DNA of 36,333 bases from positions 1 to 36,333 of IMG/VR virus record IMGVR_UViG_3300002225_000010. The stretch is one strand, 5' to 3'. The notes beneath the pieces are model-generated. The model was given only the letters and a program-made list of their open reading frames with translations. It was not told where the DNA came from and searched no databases. This document shows positions 34,756 through 36,333 of the stretch, piece by piece. Origin of the DNA: a virus (taxonomy: Duplodnaviria; Caudoviricetes). The position numbers were made by a program, and so were the translations under genes. Positions within the stretch are counted from its first letter, which is position 1. The number at the start of each line of letters is the position of its first letter.

Positions 34756-34932
34756 TTATTGTTGGGGTTGCTTAAGTTGCTTTAATGTTCTGAATGCTAT
34801 GGTACTTCCTTCATCCATTCTTGATGATGGTAGCTTTTGAATTTCAAGCAATGCAGATTTTAATAATTCTATTTCTAGGTTTAAGTGGTATATGTGATCT
34901 TCTTCCCACGATCGATCATCTGGTTGTCTCAT
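34756..34932 (-). CDS. Small hypothetical protein (58 aa)
   Basis: MRQPDDRSWEEDHIYHLNLEIELLKSALLEIQ...; GAGGG RBS. Confidence 0.6.
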   Translation of the reverse strand: MRQPDDRSWEEDHIYHLNLEIELLKSALLEIQKLPSSRMDEGSTIAFRTLKQLKQPQQ

Positions 34933-34965
34933 TTTATACCCTCTCTGTTGTTATAGTTGTGTTAA

Positions 34966-35187
34966 TTAATAAGCTAAATCAACTTTAAATTCATGCTCGC
35001 ACTTTTCACAGTAAGCATCTACATCACTACTTTTCTTAGTGCCCCATTCGCAAGCTTGGATATTATTATTTTCCCAAAAATTATCATCATCCATCAAATC
35101 AATATCTTCACCGCATTTAGGGCATTCACAATCAAGACTTATACTCCATGTAGCTTCTAATTTAACAATCTTTTTATCGTCACTCAT
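34966..35187 (-). CDS. Small zinc-ribbon protein
   Basis: CPKC ... CEKC. Confidence 0.75.
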   Translation of the reverse strand: MSDDKKIVKLEATWSISLDCECPKCGEDIDLMDDDNFWENNNIQACEWGTKKSSDVDAYCEKCEHEFKVDLAY

Positions 35188-35209
35188 TATTCATTCTCTC
35201 TTAGTTTGT

Positions 35210-35461
35210 TTATTTAGCTGAAGGAACATCAACGCAAGGAATTCTTTTAGTGAAATTAAGGCAATCTTCATACAACTGATTAATTCGCTTTACATCACGC
35301 CAAACAACACCAGCACCAAGGTTATGCTTTTTTTCTGCGGCCATAGTACTTTCACCGTTAAAAATAACATCCTTAACAGCTTCGAAGCGTTCAGGCTTTA
35401 GCTTGATGTATTTGCTTTCAGCAATAGCTTTAAATTGCGCTTGGTTCATCTTTTTTTTCAC
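35210..35461 (-). CDS. HTH protein (TrfB/KorA-like)
   Basis: EAVKDVIFNGES...AEKKHNL....VWRDVKRI. Confidence 0.6.
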   Translation of the reverse strand: MKKKMNQAQFKAIAESKYIKLKPERFEAVKDVIFNGESTMAAEKKHNLGAGVVWRDVKRINQLYEDCLNFTKRIPCVDVPSAK

Positions 35462-35609
35462 TGTTAATTTCCTTAATTATTTGTTGGCCTTTTTTACCGC
35501 AAAACAAATGCATGTAGCCAAGGCCTGATTTATAGCAAGTTTCATTTCTAAGAACGTCATTAGCGCATTTGTAGCAAAGCGCTTGTTTACTTGTTTTAAC
35601 TATTCTCAT
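35430..35609 (-). CDS. Small zinc-finger protein (59 aa)
   Basis: MRIVKTSKQALCYKC...MHLFCGKK; CxxC...HxxC; AGGTGA RBS. Confidence 0.6.
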   Translation of the reverse strand: MRIVKTSKQALCYKCANDVLRNETCYKSGLGYMHLFCGKKGQQIIKEINSEKKDEPSAI

Positions 35610-35632
35610 AGATCACCTGTTTTTACTTGTGA

Positions 35633-36333
35633 TTAAATTAACCCTTTTAATATGTGTTTAATAACTAACATCGTCCAGCCGTTACCGCACATCTTGTAAA
35701 GTTGAGTGTTACTAATGCCTGCGCTTAATAATGTATCAATATGATGCTCTGTCACTGTTTGAAGCCTGAAGCATTCTCGTGGTGTTAGCTTTCGTATTTC
35801 ACCAGCAAGAACCGCAAAGTTATTATGCTCCCAACTGCAAGAACTAACTGTCGGGGTTTTGCTATTCTCTGCCCTAACCCCTCCAGAGTTATTGCCTCGA
35901 GGTCTTTGTAAAATGTACGGATCTGACATTGAGGTTTTAAAATACCTGGCAGTTAAGCAGTTAGACTTTTTATCAATTTCGCAAACATTCAAGTTATCGA
36001 AACCACTATTCATTTCCTTTCTTCTTTCTTTCTTAGCCCAAAAGCCATTAAGTAGTTTTTCTGATAAATAGTATTTACTATCAACGTCTCTCTCAATAAT
36101 GTCAGCAAGCACTAAACCTTTATCTATTGGCTGCTCAACCTCAAAACTAGTCCAATAATATCTATTACGATTCTGAGCCGACACCAAGGCGCTATTGATT
36201 AAAATCTTATGCACATGACCTAAAGCGTTTTCGGTATGAGTTGTAATGTACTGCTCGAACTCCTTTTTCATCTTCACGTTTTCAATTAAGAAATTAGCTC
36301 CAGTGTTGCGATATTTAACGTGTTTCATGATAT
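35633..36333 (-). CDS. C5 cytosine DNA methyltransferase, C-terminal part (5' end outside window)
   Basis: Motif VI FLIENV, motif VIII SAQNRNRYYW, motif IX RKLTPRECFRLQ, motif X YKMCGNGW. Confidence 0.92.
   Translation of the reverse strand, partial: IMKHVKYRNTGANFLIENVKMKKEFEQYITTHTENALGHVHKILINSALVSAQNRNRYYWTSFEVEQPIDKGLVLADIIERDVDSKYYLSEKLLNGFWAKKERRKEMNSGFDNLNVCEIDKKSNCLTARYFKTSMSDPYILQRPRGNNSGGVRAENSKTPTVSSCSWEHNNFAVLAGEIRKLTPRECFRLQTVTEHHIDTLLSAGISNTQLYKMCGNGWTMLVIKHILKGLI

Noticed and set aside
34569-34988. Plus-strand ORFs 34569-34754 and 34794-34988
   Set aside because: Better explained by minus-strand ORFs with clear RBSs that tile the region.
1-36333. Genome-wide TAG recoding
   Set aside because: TAG ends the MCP, scaffold, 20389 and 3643 genes at sensible positions, often overlapping the next RBS; only one gene looks interrupted.
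1-36333. tRNA, rRNA, CRISPR array, IS element, att site, spanin genes
   Set aside because: None recognised by eye; intergenic gaps are short, and no repeat-spacer pattern, transposase or clear lipobox was seen. tRNAscan and SignalP would be needed to exclude them.

Overview
The whole window is phage DNA with no recognisable host genes. It covers most of a short-tailed (podovirus-type) genome whose morphogenesis genes follow a T7-like order, resembling the BPP-1/epsilon15 group. The AT-rich sequence and sigma70-type promoters suggest a Gammaproteobacterial host (inference only). The minus strand, read right to left, carries: a C5 DNA methyltransferase cut by the window edge, small accessory ORFs, a two-gene cassette, an HTH regulator, TerS and TerL, a five-gene fibre-like module, portal, scaffold, major capsid protein (MCP), adaptor, nozzle, a GNAT protein, ejection proteins including a 2535-aa polyvalent protein, a beta-helix tailspike and a holin. 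A short plus-strand block (serine resolvase, Ref-like and VRR-NUC-like nucleases, J-domain protein, endolysin) converges on it. The most notable observations are five. (1) The giant ejection protein appears to carry two tandem ADP-ribosyltransferase-like modules plus an HExxH zincin. (2) The tail adaptor is an internal tandem duplication. (3) The capsid gene has its own promoter and a structured leader with a twice-repeated internal-loop motif. (4) Endolysin and holin are convergent and share one TTAA for their stop codons. (5) A Cys-His-Asp peptidase-like gene is split by a single in-frame TAG. All family assignments come from motifs read by eye; no searches were run.
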